Assembly (NCBI GenBank): GCA_035221665.1
Contig: CM069150.1
Location: 25,544,001-25,608,000 of the forward strand
Length of the DNA stretch: 64,000 nt
From: Okamejei kenojei
Lineage: Eukaryota
Reading direction: 5' to 3'
Positions 1 through 13,040 of this stretch are shown one piece after another. Within the stretch, counting starts at the first letter, position 1, and the number at the start of each line of letters is the position of its first letter. Both the position numbers and the translations under genes were made by a program. Under the pieces are notes generated by a model, which worked only from the letters and a program-made list of their open reading frames with translations, had not been told where the DNA came from and ran no database searches.

Positions 1-639
1 GAACAAAAATCAAAACGAACATACACAAAGACGTCTTTGTTCCATTTATAGCTCAGCTGAAGGAACCTGATCTGCCAGAAGCAATGTTCATTCTTTCTTA
101 GATCTGGTTGGCAATTACACTGTTCCTGGAATTAATCTTTCACACCAGTGAAATTATGAACAGTCCTTCTTATTCACAGCCTTTGGTCTACGTTTCTGCC
201 TTGTTGGAGGAGCTAGTCCCTTGAGACTATTTAATTCTACAACAGGAGGCAAAATTAGCCCAGGAAAAAGTTGAGCAATTGGGGAATTTGAAAGGTCATA
301 CATCATGAAGAGAGCTACCTGAATAAATATATTCTATAAAGGTTACTTGTGTTCGAGGCTTCCTTCCGAAGCTCAGAAAAAGGGTTTTACAATATAGCCA
401 TCATGTTGGGTATTGTAGGAGAAGCTGCAGATACCTATGTTGACTGCGCATAGCCTTGGTAGCATTGATAAGACTACGGATAGCAAAACAGAGGATCAGC
501 AATATGGAGAATTCTTTGTTTCTGGCCTTAATGAAAGATTAGATGATTTAAGAGTTGTGTCTTCTACTTGAAGCTGACCGTTTAGAAAGAAAAAAAATGA
601 TGTAAACGAAGATCTTGTTTGCAGCCAGAGATTAAGTAA

Positions 640-700
640 ATGTTGGAGACGCCCATCAGGTCTGGCAGCATCTGTGGAAGGAACAATGTTTCACATCCTG
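640..700 (-). mobile_element. Degenerate Penelope pLTR-derived fragment
   Basis: aaatgttggagacgcccatcaggtctggcagcatctgtgga resembles 38478-38520. Confidence 0.55.
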
Positions 701-709
701 GACAGAGGC

Positions 710-998
710 TAGTTTAGTCTAATTTAGTTCAGAGATACAGCGTGGAAACAGGCCCTTCAGCCCACCAAGTCTGCCCCGATCAACGATCACCCATAAACTA
801 TTTCTATGTTATCCAGCTTTACATCTTGTACGCTAGGGGCAATTTACAGAAGCCAATTAGCCTACAAATCTGCACATCCTATGGAATGAGGCAGAAACTG
901 GACGGAGCACTCGGAGGAAATCGCACCCATGGTCAGGATTGAATATGGGTCTCTGGCGCTGTAAGGCAGCAACCCTACTGCTACTCCACTGTGCTACT
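710..998 (-). mobile_element. HE1-like V-SINE (tRNA-derived head, CR1-like tail)
   Basis: (ctaaa)n tail, gggcctgtttcc tail motif and gttaattggc V-domain-like core. Confidence 0.85.
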
Positions 999-1039
999 GT
1001 GTACCTGGCCTATCAACTTCACAATATTCCTTAACCTCT

Positions 1040-1260
1040 CCCTAATCCTGATGGTCCAAAAATCTGAATCCCTGTGCCCTGCATCAACTAGTTAGCCACA
1101 CATTCATCCATCTTATCTTCCTAATCCAACCCTCACATGGGCACATGGCACCAGGAATAATCTGGAACATCTGGAGACTACTACTCTTGGGGTCATGCTT
1201 TTAGCCTTTTGCCTAACTCCTAGTATTAACTCTGCCGGACCACATCTCTGTTCCTACCTA
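1040..1260 (-). mobile_element. Degenerate CR1 ORF1 fragment
   Basis: Similar to 58670-58775 (aatctgaa..cc..ccctgcaccaact...attcatc). Confidence 0.55.
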
Positions 1261-2009
1261 ATCAAATCACAATGCTGGAAGTGGATGCCTGAAAAATACA
1301 GATGGCAAAGATTCCAAAAGGAATCCACAATTATGTGGAATTCACTCCTTGGCAGCATTCTGTACGCTGCATATAGGTTTTATGGTATGTTTTGTTCTTG
1401 TTCTGTTTTTATATGAATAAGTAGGCATGTCTATTTGAGGTCTAATTGTTTTTTCACACAAAACATTTGTAGATCAAATCATAATTTTGGATGAAAAATG
1501 AGAATGTATAGCCAACAGCATAGCAAATCTCCATTGCCAATAAGCACACAACATTTTGCTGATGTTAATAATTTCTGTAATTGCATACAGTAAAGAATAG
1601 TATTTGGGATGAACGCACAGCTGAATGTGAAATACAAGCTCATCCATTCTGTTGACAGATTTGAACTGGCCACTGGCGGAGGATTTATTCGATAATAACA
1701 AACTATTGGCATGAGTTGTAGTTTCTTTGAATAATGAGAGATGTGAACTTTTTAAGCTATTCACTCCACTCAAATTGGACATTAATAACTAATTGTGATG
1801 TTTTACTACAACTAAAATATTTAATTTCTGATATTTCCAAATAGTTGGAAGGGGACATAAAAATTGAAGTTCATTGATGGCACCTTTAACATGAAAAAAA
1901 CATGCAAATACATTCATAAAATAAAACAATGTGCTTTCTACCATAGTATAGTGTAAGCTACCATAATTGAATTGTATGAAGGAATTGTTTATATAGTTTA
2001 TTCTGATGC

Positions 2010-2720
2010 CATAAGACCAGAAGATATAGGAGCAGAATTAGACCATTCAGCCCATTTAATCTATTCCACCATGGCTAATATTTTTTTCCCCCTTTCAACC
2101 CCAATCTCCTGCCTTCTTCCCATAACCTTTGATGCCCTTCCAAATCAAGAATCTATCAATCTCTGCCTTAAAAATACCCAATGACTTGGTCTTCACAGCT
2201 GTGGTTGAATTCCACAGATTCACCACTCACTGGCTGAAGTAATTCCTCCTAACCTCCATTCTAAAGATACATCCTTTTATTCTGAGGCAGTGTCCTCTGG
2301 TTCTAGATTCTCCCATTACTAGAAACATCCTTTGCACATCCACTCTAGGCATGAACATGCACCTTGCTATGCTGTATTCCATTTGCCACGTCTTTGCACG
2401 CTCTTCCAACCTGCCCAAGTCCTCTGCAGACTCCCTGCTTCATAAACACTACCTGCCCCTCCACCATCTTCATATAGTACATAGACTTGGTCACGAAGCC
2501 ATCAATTCCCTAATCCAGGCATTAACATATAACATTAAAAGTAGAGGAGCCAACGTCAACTCATGCGGAACACCACTAAGTCCCCATTTATTCCCACTCT
2601 TTGCCCTCTGCCAGTCAGCCAATCCTCTATCTATGCCAGTACCTTGCCTCTAATACCATGGGCTCCTATCTTGTTTATCAGCCATACTTGTGGCACCTGA
2701 TGAAATGTCTTCTGAAAATC
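2010..2720 (-). mobile_element. CR1 fragments (3'UTR, RT C-terminus and RT core pieces)
   Basis: ORF 2227-2418 contains ESRTRGHCLRIKG...RRNYFSQ. A KWQMEY-like motif is also present. Confidence 0.85.
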
Positions 2721-3084
2721 CCCCAAGTAAATTACAGGATTCTACCAGCTTATTTTATTTGATAATTTTAACTTTACTTGTATATTCTGGGATGAGATTG
2801 GGATACGTCATATTATATATTTACATTATATTAATTCTATTGTTCCTCTGTTCAAAGCATTTTCAATGGAGCCTTTGCAGGTCACTTTTCTCCCTCACCC
2901 ATCAGACTCATTTCTGGTCTTATAACCTTTCATTTCATTGTTTCCGCTTCTGCTAAATTGTACATTTTTACCCAAGACTGAAGGTTTTTTTTTTGCTAAA
3001 TAACCTCTGTTGGCAAAATAATATAGACCCATATTTTGCAGTCAGCAGTGCGCCCCCTTACACTGACCAGTGAGATTACACCTT

Positions 3085-3364
3085 TTTCTTCGGCCTATTG
3101 AGTCTACACCGACCAGCGATCCCCACACATTAATACTATCCTACACACACTAGGGACAATTTCTACATTAACACCAAGCCAATTAACCTACAAACATGTA
3201 CGTCTTTGGAGTGTGGGAGGAAACCGAAGATCTCAGAGAAAACCCACACTGTCACAGGGAAAACATACAAACTCCGTACAGACAGCACCCATAGATGAGA
3301 TCGAACCCGGGTCTCTGGCGCTGTAGAGCTGTAAGGCAGCAACTCTACTGCTGCACCCACCATG
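3085..3364 (-). mobile_element. HE1-like V-SINE
   Basis: Head carries a B-box-like gggttcgatc. Core tcctcccacactccaaagacgtac. Confidence 0.9.
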
Positions 3365-4290
3365 GGAGTGGGGGAAGAGGGTGGTGATGTGAGATGAGAA
3401 TGGGGTGCCCAGAAAAGCGCTTGCTCATTTAATAGCTGGAATCTATCTCAGCTGGGTAAATATTTCACCGCTCATAAAATTTAAACTATTTAAAAGTTTC
3501 AAAAATTATCAACAAATTATCAAACAAATTACAAAAAAATTCTAAAATTCTTAGGGATAATTAAAAGCATATGAAAACATTCCTCAAGCAATAAGAAACA
3601 TGTGAACATATGAACATTTAATCACTTGCAGCAAATGAAAGAAAACCCTGTACCAGGATTAATCAACTGAATATTGTATATTTGATTCCTCAATGTAAGT
3701 GCGTGAACGGTCTGGCACCAACATGTGATTGTGTAGGACTACTAAAGCACAGTTGTCAGGGTATTAGGAGCCTGCATGCTCACACACGCTTGTATGGGGA
3801 TCCTGAACCAGGCTATCCTCTTTCATCCATGATAGTAGAGTTAACACAGAAGGAGTAGAGGTGTAATAAGCAGGAATCATTGGGGAGATGACGTGGTATG
3901 GTAACAAAATACCTTAACTGTGTAATCCCAATACATGAATGCAATCCAAGAATGTAACTCTACTATTATGTGGGAAGGAATGTGGAAAAATATTGGTTCA
4001 CAGGCCTAAGAAACAGGCAATCTGTGAATGGAGGAAGTAGACTGATTTCCATGCACTGACTCATAATATCATCAACTTTAAGTGATTATAAGCCATCGGG
4101 GAATGTAAATTTAAACAACGAGCATGATTGTCTCTGAGCTGATGTCAGAGAAGCGGGAAATTTATTGAAACACTTGTCATTAGTTAGTTCTGTATTTCTT
4201 TTCGTATATTGAGACAAATTCTTAAAGCAGCATTTATTCAACAAATAAAAGTATCTCTTCCCGCCTGAAATAATAAACAGTATGTCAGAA

Positions 4291-4385
4291 GTCTGGAGAA
4301 GGGTTTCGGCCCAAAATGTTGCCCATTTCCTTCGCTCCATAGATGCTGCCGCACCCGCTGAGTTTCTCCAGCACTTTTGTCTACC
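4291..4385 (+). mobile_element. Penelope pLTR-derived short element with a mutated hammerhead core
   Basis: ctggagaagggtttcggcccaaaatgtt...gctgagtttctccagca matches the reverse complement of 38470-38562. Confidence 0.85.
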
Positions 4386-4811
4386 AACAGTATGTCCAAC
4401 ATAGTTTTATCAATATAATGTTAATCTAACAAAGATGAATTTTGTCATCAAAAAACTTATATCTTCTACTTGTAATTTATCTTTATTTTACTACCTGATT
4501 ACCCAGACATTTTTTATAAAAAACAATTGCTACCCAATGCTACTCCGATACCCTTGAACCCTCTTGAATCCACGAAGGTGCTGATTAGTTAATAATCTGA
4601 TTAATGAAACTGTGCAGAAAGAGATAGTATTCCACTACTAAACCGATAAAGGATATGAATATAGCAATCTGAATCAAACTTGGCTACATTGTTGATGTTG
4701 AAATAACTGCAATAGCTATCTTAGGTGTGGAATATTTTATTTTCAATTTGATATTTAAATTAAAATACCCAAATTTAAACTGAGATACCTATTTATGTGA
4801 AGCCACCAGAT

Positions 4812-4943
4812 CCTGAAGAAGGGTCTCGACCCGAAACATCACCCATTCCTTCTCTCTAGAGATGCTGCCTATCCCGCTGAGTTACTCCAGCATTTTGTGT
4901 CTATCTTCGGTTTAAACCGGCATCTGCAGTTCCTTCCTACACA
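4812..4943 (+). mobile_element. Penelope pLTR-derived short element with hammerhead core at 4813-4840
   Basis: ctgaagaagggtctcgacccgaaacatc...gctgagttactccagcattttgtgtc...catctgcagtt. Confidence 0.88.
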
Positions 4944-5414
4944 GATCTGATTTGAACTTGTTTTTTTAAATTAGATGGTAATAGCCAGTGAAATGCTCTG
5001 GTTCCATTTATAATAGCACGCCAAAGCAATATGCTGTTTTATTTGGGGTTGTATGTTGTGTATGTTGCTTCAATCTGAATTTTAAAGAACAATTGTGCAG
5101 ACAATATTCTGTGTATGTTCCACTTAAATTTGCTCAGTAGATAAGCAGAAGAGGTGCCAATATGGTGACATTAAACTTATTTCTCTGAGTGCTGCCATGT
5201 AATCAGCTCGAATAGTGGGGGCCATTGAAGCTTTCTGTTGCACCATCTCAGCTACCAAGGAAAATTACTTCTGTTGGTTGCGCTTGGTTTCCCTGGAACC
5301 AGGGATCTGCAGCGCGGCATCATTTAATCCCTATTAAGAATAAATACTCACCATCTTTTCAATAAAGACAGCAGTAGGGAATCTTGCAATAAGTTTTCTG
5401 AGTATGATAGCATT

Positions 5415-7101
5415 ATCTAAATCTGACTTTGAGAGCAGTGCAAGTACTTGTGTAATCTTGCTTCAATAGATTCTGCAATCCTTTGTGTTGTTTTGCCTAA
5501 TTTCAGATGAGCAACATCAAAAAAAAACTGGCACCTGATTTGGTCAGTGCCACGACAGAGATGGCTGATCCTCAGAGAACTGGATCTCTCACCAGCAGCC
5601 ATCTGAGAGTTATAATCTAATCAGTTGTGCAGTGGCAGATTTACTGCTCACTGGACATCTTGATTCAATCAGTAGTGCCTTCACCTTGAGAAACAGAAAG
5701 TGGTTTAGTCATTATTTGTCCTGCAAGATGATTTGTTAACAAATTTGGGAAGGTTGTCAATCAATTAGCCATTAAGGTTTGTCAACAAAACCAAGCTGTC
5801 CCTGTTTACCCAATGCTAGTAAATCTCAGATGAGGGACTGTAAACTAATCATTAGATTCAGTGACAGAGATGAGCCAAAACACCAGATGCTAAGAAGTTC
5901 TGAAGTTAGTCAACATTTTGTAATTTGTCACAGCTATAATAAAATCCATGTGACAATCTGATATTTGTTTCAAAATAACTTTCAATTCAATGTACCATGC
6001 TAAAACAAATCTGTGTTTTTTAACCATAAATAACTGATATTGTTTTATGTAAGTAGTCACTGTTACAATCTGACTGATTTAACCAACAATTACCAATGGG
6101 TTTAAAGAGTTATTGATGCAGATAAAAGCTGTAGCTCACTAGTTCTTGCAAACTTGATTTGACTGGAAGCAGCAAATAATGAAAAGAAATTAAGCATTCA
6201 ACAAATGGTCGCTCATTTCTTTAAGGCTATGAGTGGTACAATTACCCTCAATTTAAATAATCTTCAGGATAAAGCTGTTTCTGGACAATTAACATTATAC
6301 TTTCTTCACAATAGTTTTAATTCCACCACCACTGTAATAGATATTGTCATAAATGTGAACTTACTATTAAGCCAAGGAAAACATTCAGATTATCTGAACT
6401 TGCTGTAGTTGTCAAATTTATTTCTGGCACGTTTAGAAATTATGTAAGCCCATAACATAGAATTTCCTTTCCAATTCATAGATATTTCTCTGGAGTTGAT
6501 TTTTAATCTGGACAGAAAATTGTATTTAATTTATTCTTTAGTCAACAGAACTCCCCAATGCTAGAGAATAATGTGCTTGTTTCCTCTACAGTTGATAAAG
6601 ATTTTGAAAATAAATGATAAATGGATTCTTTATCATAGCCATGGGGATAATATGTCAGAATTATAAGGCGCAAATGATGCTGGGTTTTCTATAAAAGGAT
6701 ACAAAGTGCTGGAGTAACACAATGGGTTAAGCAGCATCCCTGGGAGAACATGGATGGGTGATGTTTCAGATCTGAAGCCTTCTTCATTATATCACCTATC
6801 CATGTTCTTCAAAGATGCTGAGTTACTCCAGCACTTTGTGACTCTTTGTGTAAACCAGCATCTCCAGTTCCTTGTTTCTAACTTCTGGGATATCTATACT
6901 TACTCCATTGGTTCTTGAAGGAGTCTCTGTAGAAAATCTTCAGTGTTTGTATGTGTAAACATTGAGCATTAGAGTTTGAGAGGCACCAAGTTTTGTTGAT
7001 GTTGTTCCTGTAAAATTGGGAGAACCAACACCTCAAATTACAGAATCTCTCGATGCAAAATCACACATGTTCTTGCACTGCTCTCAAAGTCAGATTTAGA
7101 T
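5415..7101. repeat. Long-range inverted repeat, arms at 5415-5536 and 6981-7101
   Basis: The outer 30 bp are exact reverse complements (5415-5444 and 7072-7101). The inner ~90 bp align almost without gaps at lower identity. Confidence 0.9.
6698..6882. mobile_element. Inverted pair of Penelope pLTR fragments
   Basis: cacaaagtgctggagtaac-type arm on the minus strand, then gttactccagcactttgtg on the plus strand. Confidence 0.8.
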
Positions 7102-7199
7102 TCACCTTTACACACAGAAAAAAGATATGCATTGCACATTAATTGCAAGTCACAATTATTATTAGTAGTGATTATCATGATTATGAGATTCACAATAAC

Positions 7200-7850
7200 T
7201 AGATCGCATTAATTCAGAATTGGCATATTCATAGTAGGCAGAGAGTTGTGGTGGAAGTTGGATATTTTGTCTGGAGGTCAGTAAACAATGGAGTTCTGCA
7301 AGGATATGTGCTGGGACCTCTGCTGTGATGTATATAAATAGCCTAGACATAATTGTAGATGGGTTGGTGAGTAAATTTGCTGATGACTGGTCAGACCGCA
7401 TTTGGAGTATTGCGAGCAATTTTGGGCCCCATATCTGAGGATGGATGTGCTGCCACTGGAGAGGGTCCAGAGGAGGAGGTTTACAAGAATGATCCCAGGA
7501 ATGAATGGGTTAACATATGATGAGTGTTTGACAGCACTGGGCCTCTACTTGCTGGAGTTGAGAAAGATGTGGGAGGACTTGATTGAAACTTACGGAATAG
7601 TGAAAGGTCTGGATAGCTTGGATGTGGAGACGACATTTCCACTAGTGGGAGAAACTAGGACCAGAGGACATAGCCTCAGAATAAAAGGATGTTCCTTTAG
7701 GAAGGAGATGAGGAGGAATTTCTTTAGTCAGAGGGTGGTAAATCTGTGGAATTCATTGCTACAGGATGCTATGGAAGCCAGGTCAATGGATATTTTTAAG
7801 GCAGAGATGGATAGATTGATTCTTTATTAGTACAGGTGATTAGCACGAGT
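7200..7850 (+). mobile_element. CR1 RT fragments
   Basis: ORF 7402-7830 contains EYCEQFWAPYLR..LERVQRR..TRGHSLRIKG..FFSQRVVNLWNSL. Confidence 0.92.
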
Positions 7851-9479
7851 GCATGTTTAAACAACAAACAACAGTAGAACCACAAGGTTAACATAGAGGT
7901 GGTGAGGAAATGGACATCAAAGCACTTGACACTTCCCAAATTGCACTCCTGAAGAGGAAAGAATGTTACCGTACACTAACGATGAAGACAGAAAGAAGAA
8001 AATATGGAGTGGCACGTGGAAAAGCTAAAAAATGAATCAATAGGTTAGAGTTTGGTCAGGAACCATAGTATCTTTGGAGATATTAGCTTTCAATCATTCA
8101 CAGATGATCATTCAGAGATATATATTTTGATATACTGTAAACAACGTCACTGCTTTATTTGTACATTTTTATTTAAAATGTTTGTAGTTTACTGATAAGT
8201 GCACAGTTACATCATCAATTTGGAGGAACAGAGGAGTGACCAAGTAAAATGGAAAGTGAATGTGGATCTTATGAATTCCACCTACTATTATGCTGAGGCT
8301 GCACTTTGAATGCCCTGTTTTTGTATGTCTGGTCTAGCATTGTTAATCACAGGTTTGTATCTACAAAAAGGCAAGGCTGTAATGCTGAAAGGTTGGCAAT
8401 GAGAGGAGGTTCAGTAAATATAGCCGTCTAATCTCAGTGGGATCAGAGATCACTTTTCATTCACATTTCTGATTGAGAGGGCCTCAGATCCCATCCGTTG
8501 CCAAGCAGTTTTAGCTTACTTGTTCACCTAATGCTTGTTGGTTGGATAAATACATGGATTTAGATTTGGCTGTACTGATGTAGCCTTCATATTTTATCCC
8601 CATACCAGATTCATCATGTGTATAATTTGGAAAGATTCTAAATGTGGTTGCACTCTGAAATACCTTTATCAATGCAATGGAATGCTCACCATAGAGAAAT
8701 GTCTGCAGTTCCTGTTGGGACTGTTAACATTTTCCCCTCACAAGTATAAAGAGGGTGTGGACCCCCTGTGTGCAAATAAAGGACCCAAACCTCTTGACGA
8801 GTGTTTATTGAGATTTTACTGATGTGAATTCCTCAACAAGGCTGAAATATATATACATACATACATGTATATGGAATTAATTAGGTATAATGGCATTTTA
8901 GCTGTATTTGAGTGTTTTAAGTTAAAAGCTAAATATTTTATGTGTGAACTTTATGAGTAGGTGGATTGTAGCATGGATAATTTTTGGACTTTGATATTTC
9001 AGAATGTATTGTACTTTTAGTTAATTCTTCTTTAATTGGACCAACTGCTTTGCAACAACAGACATTTCCTAGTATAGAGTGTCAGCTATCAGTTCAGTGT
9101 TCTCATGTGTGTGATGTCAGCCACGATGTTGACTATAGATGATGAATAATCAAACAGTAATAGTGCAAGTCCTTGATGTGAAGAGCACAAGTTCCTTGTT
9201 GCTCAATCTATGGTCAAGCACACAGGAATGAGGACTGAGGAAGAAGAAATGCCAATCGTTAAATAAACGTAACAGATATGTTGAAGATTCAATACTCTCT
9301 ACAATTTTGAAGTTCCCTTTGCTCTCCACATGTCCCTAAATTAATTTTAGTCTATTAGCAGAATGGCTAATTTAAGGGGAATGTTGTGAGATCCATGGAG
9401 AGGAACCCCAGGCTAGTTGTGAGGATTATTTCCAATAGTTTTGAAAACCACAGGCAGTCAGCTAACCGGCCTTTAGATC

Positions 9480-10370
9480 CCTGGATTTCACTCTATTTCC
9501 CATCTTAAACAAAGGAACAACACTGATCACTCAACAGTCCTCCGTGACCTCACCTGTGGCCAGAAAAGAAACAAAGATCCTCGTCTAGACCCCCACAATC
9601 TCCTCCCCTACCTTCGTCTATAACCAGGGACAGATCCCATCAAATCCTATCCACCGTAATGTTATTCAAGACCCTCAGTACCATCCCCCTCTCGATCCCA
9701 AACTACCCTAGCATATCCACACTGATCCTGTTGTCCTGCAAGCCCTTCTCCTTAGTCAAAACAGATGCAAAGTATTCATTTAGCACCTCACCTACATCCT
9801 CCAAATCCAACCTCCATGTCTAAGCATCATGTTCAGGATCAACATTGTAGGCTGAAGTTCCTGTTTCTGTGCGATAATGTTCTATGTTCCATGTTATCCT
9901 TGAGCAGTCCTACCTTCTCCCTGGTCACCCTCTTGTTTTTAATATACTTATAAAAAGACTTGGGATTTGCCTTAATCCGATGCCAATAACTTTTCATGGC
10001 CCACTTGAGTTCTTTCCTACTCACTTCCAATTTTCATCAGCCTCATCTGATGCCACCTTCTTAAACCTGACACATGCTTCCTTTTTCTTCCTGACCAAGT
10101 TTACAACCTCTTTGGTCATTCACGGTTCCCTTATCTTGTCATCCTTATCCCTCCTCCTCACTGGAACATGCTGATCCTGCACTTTGATCAGCTGGCCTTT
10201 AAACAACTCCCACATGTCATCTGATTTAACCAATAACAACTTCTCCCAGTCTACCTTCCTAAACTCCTGCCCAAATGACATTACAATCTGCCTTGTGCCA
10301 ATTAAATACCTTCTCCCAACATTCAGACTTGTCCCTATTTCAAAACTTTTGGAGCTGTGATATTGTCCTG
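9480..10370 (-). mobile_element. CR1 ORF2 fragment (linker between endonuclease and RT)
   Basis: IKANPKSFYKYIKNKRVTREKVGLLKD and DWEKLL..WELFK. Confidence 0.85.
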
Positions 10371-11389
10371 TTAACATAATATTATTTATTGACTAGAGTG
10401 ATATCAAACTTCTGTCAGAGAGTTGGATGACTGACAAAACTGATCTCTTTGTTCAGCCAGAATACTTTGGAATCTTAAGAGGCAAGACACTCAAAATATT
10501 GTGATTTATCTTCAAATTGTCAAGGCAGCCAGGACTGTCTGAGTAAAATGGTAAAATCTGTGGAATGAAGTTATAAATATAGTTTTCACCGGATGGGGTG
10601 TATTTATGTCAGAGCTATGAATAGTACATCCATTCTGAGTTGGAACCTGAAATGCAGCACAAAATCAAATGCATTAAAATGTCGAGTGTTAACAGTACTC
10701 AATATTCTCTATCTTATCTTGAATGTTCCTTCTCCACTTTGTGTGGTCATCGGTCAAGATTCCCATGGGCAACGTAACTCCTGGGACTTTAATCTTTATT
10801 ACATGTCCTAGCTTTCTGTCATCTGTAAATGTAATATGCTCAAATTGAGGTTTTTTTAACACATCCATCAGGTTTTCAAGATTTGTACATATGGAATGGA
10901 CAATTCAAGCAAAAAGATTCTTCGATTGAGTTTTGTTTATTTAACAATTATCAAGTGGTTTCAAACAGTTCAACAGCATCATCAAATGTAAAATGCCGGA
11001 TCTCTTACATGTATGCACAAACATATTTATTTCCTTTAAACTTGTTTCCCAAGCAACCCGACACATTTTGCTGATCTCATTTTAAGACCATGTGAGAAAT
11101 AACCAAGCATTGATCTATTCTCACATGCAGCTATTCCAATCCAAATTACTACATGCACACTTAAATTACTATAAACAAGGGCCTATATGTTTGATCATTT
11201 CAGACCAGTGTGACAAAAGATGCATGTGTTTTGGTGTGTGTGTTAAAAATCTCAATTTGGGCATATTCAATTATTTTCCATTCTCCTAGATGCTCTCCCA
11301 TCTCCTGAATCCTAAAATTGATTTCATCTCAAGGTTTTCTCAGTTCATCTCTAACCAAACCAAACTGATATCATTTCAACAGTTAGGGC

Positions 11390-11750
11390 CATGGAGTCAT
11401 ACAGCATACAACACGGAGTTGTACAAATTCATATAGAACCAAGATGCACCATCTACGCTAGTCACATTTGCCTGTGTTTGGCCCATATCCCTGTACACCT
11501 GTCCTATCCATGTACCTGTCAAAGTGTTTTTTAAATGTTGTTATAGTACCTGCCTCAACTACTTCCTATGGCATTCGTTCCATAAACTGACCGCAAAAAA
11601 AAGTTGCCCCTCAGGCTCCTACTAAATCATTCTCCTCTCACCTGAAAGCGATGCCCTCCAGACTTTGATTTTTCCACGCTGGGGAAAAAGGTTTTGACTG
11701 TCTACCGTATCTATGTCGCCCATAATTTTAAATACTTCTATCAGGTACAA
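11390..11750 (-). mobile_element. CR1 3' end
   Basis: 3'UTR and RT C-terminal motifs shared with other copies in the window. Confidence 0.75.
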
Positions 11751-12329
11751 GACCCAACCTAATCTACAGAACCCTTGCTACTGTGTCTGGGAAAGATGCA
11801 CGGTCATTGATCCATGACTGAAGGAACATTCACCATTTTCCAAGAGCAAATAGCCTAGCATCACAGGATTTACCATCTGACCGGACTTGCAGACTATTTG
11901 GGCAAACATGAAGGAAAGAATCTTCTGAATCACAGCTTACTTCTAAACAATATTGATCAAAATATGTACAATTGGCAACATGTACAGGATATATATACAA
12001 TTTCACGATAACCTCTGACGTTTCAAACAATGTGGTCTTTTCACGGATATGATGAAACTTTTGGACAGTTTCAGTTCCCACTCCTATTCTGCCACCTCCT
12101 CCACTCTTGCCTGAAATCTCAATTGCTCAACATTGATTGTACACAGCTGAGACTTTGCTGGAAGAAATAAATTGGTCTAAGGCTGGGGGCTGATGATTTT
12201 GAGGCCATCAGAAGATGTGCAGTAATGTATAATGGTATTCATTTAGAAGTGCAATCAAATTATATTTTAAATTACATGACAAGCAAATAGTAAATCTCCC
12301 ATTGAGAGCAGTTTAGATACTCACTAAAA

Positions 12330-12500
12330 ACACCACAAAGTGCTCTAGTGCAGATATGGATCCTTCTTGAGACGGATTGTGGTCTCAACCCAAAATGTCA
12401 CGTTTCCATATTTTTTAGCGATGCTACTTTATCCACAATTACTCCAGCACTTTGTGTCTTTTATTTGGAAAGCAGCATCCACAGTTCTTTGTGTCTCCAT
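12330..12500. mobile_element. Degenerate Penelope pLTR fragment(s)
   Basis: ggtctcaacccaaaatgtcac...ttactccagcactttgtgtc. Confidence 0.7.
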
Positions 12501-12569
12501 AGATACTCACTGTGAAGGCTGACATTGTCCACTCTTAATACTGCTGTTGAAACAAAAAGGATGTGGAAG

Positions 12570-13040
12570 AGGCGACACAGTAACGTTGCTAGTAGAGCAA
12601 CCTGGATTTAACCTTGGAGTTTACATTCCTCCTATAACTGAGTGGGTTTCTTCTGGATACACCAATTTCCTCACACATTCAAAAGATTTGCAGATTGTTG
12701 GGTTAATTGGCCACTCTAAATTATCTGTAGTGTACTCAAGAGGGAGTTAAATTTAGCTCTTAGAGCTAAAGGAATCAAGGGATATGGGGAAAAAGATTTT
12801 TCTGATTTTAGATGATCAGCCATGACCATATTGAATGGTGGCGCTGGCTCGAAGGGCCGAATGGCCTACTCCTGCACATATTTTTCTATGTTTTTCTATG
12901 TTTTTCTATGAACGTGATTGGTAGAATCTGGGAGAACTTGATGGAAATGTGAGGAGAATAAAATTAGATCATCGTAGAATTATTAGATATGGATCCTTGA
13001 TAATCAGCATGGATTAAATGGGCTGAAGAGCCTGTTTATC
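12570..13040 (+). mobile_element. Old V-SINE interrupted by a CR1 3' tail (~12737-12910)
   Basis: V-core gttaattggcc. The CR1 tail ends in (tttctatgt)n. Confidence 0.75.

Noticed and set aside
1-600. Possible decayed coding or TE sequence at the window start
   Set aside because: No frame or motif that I could assign.
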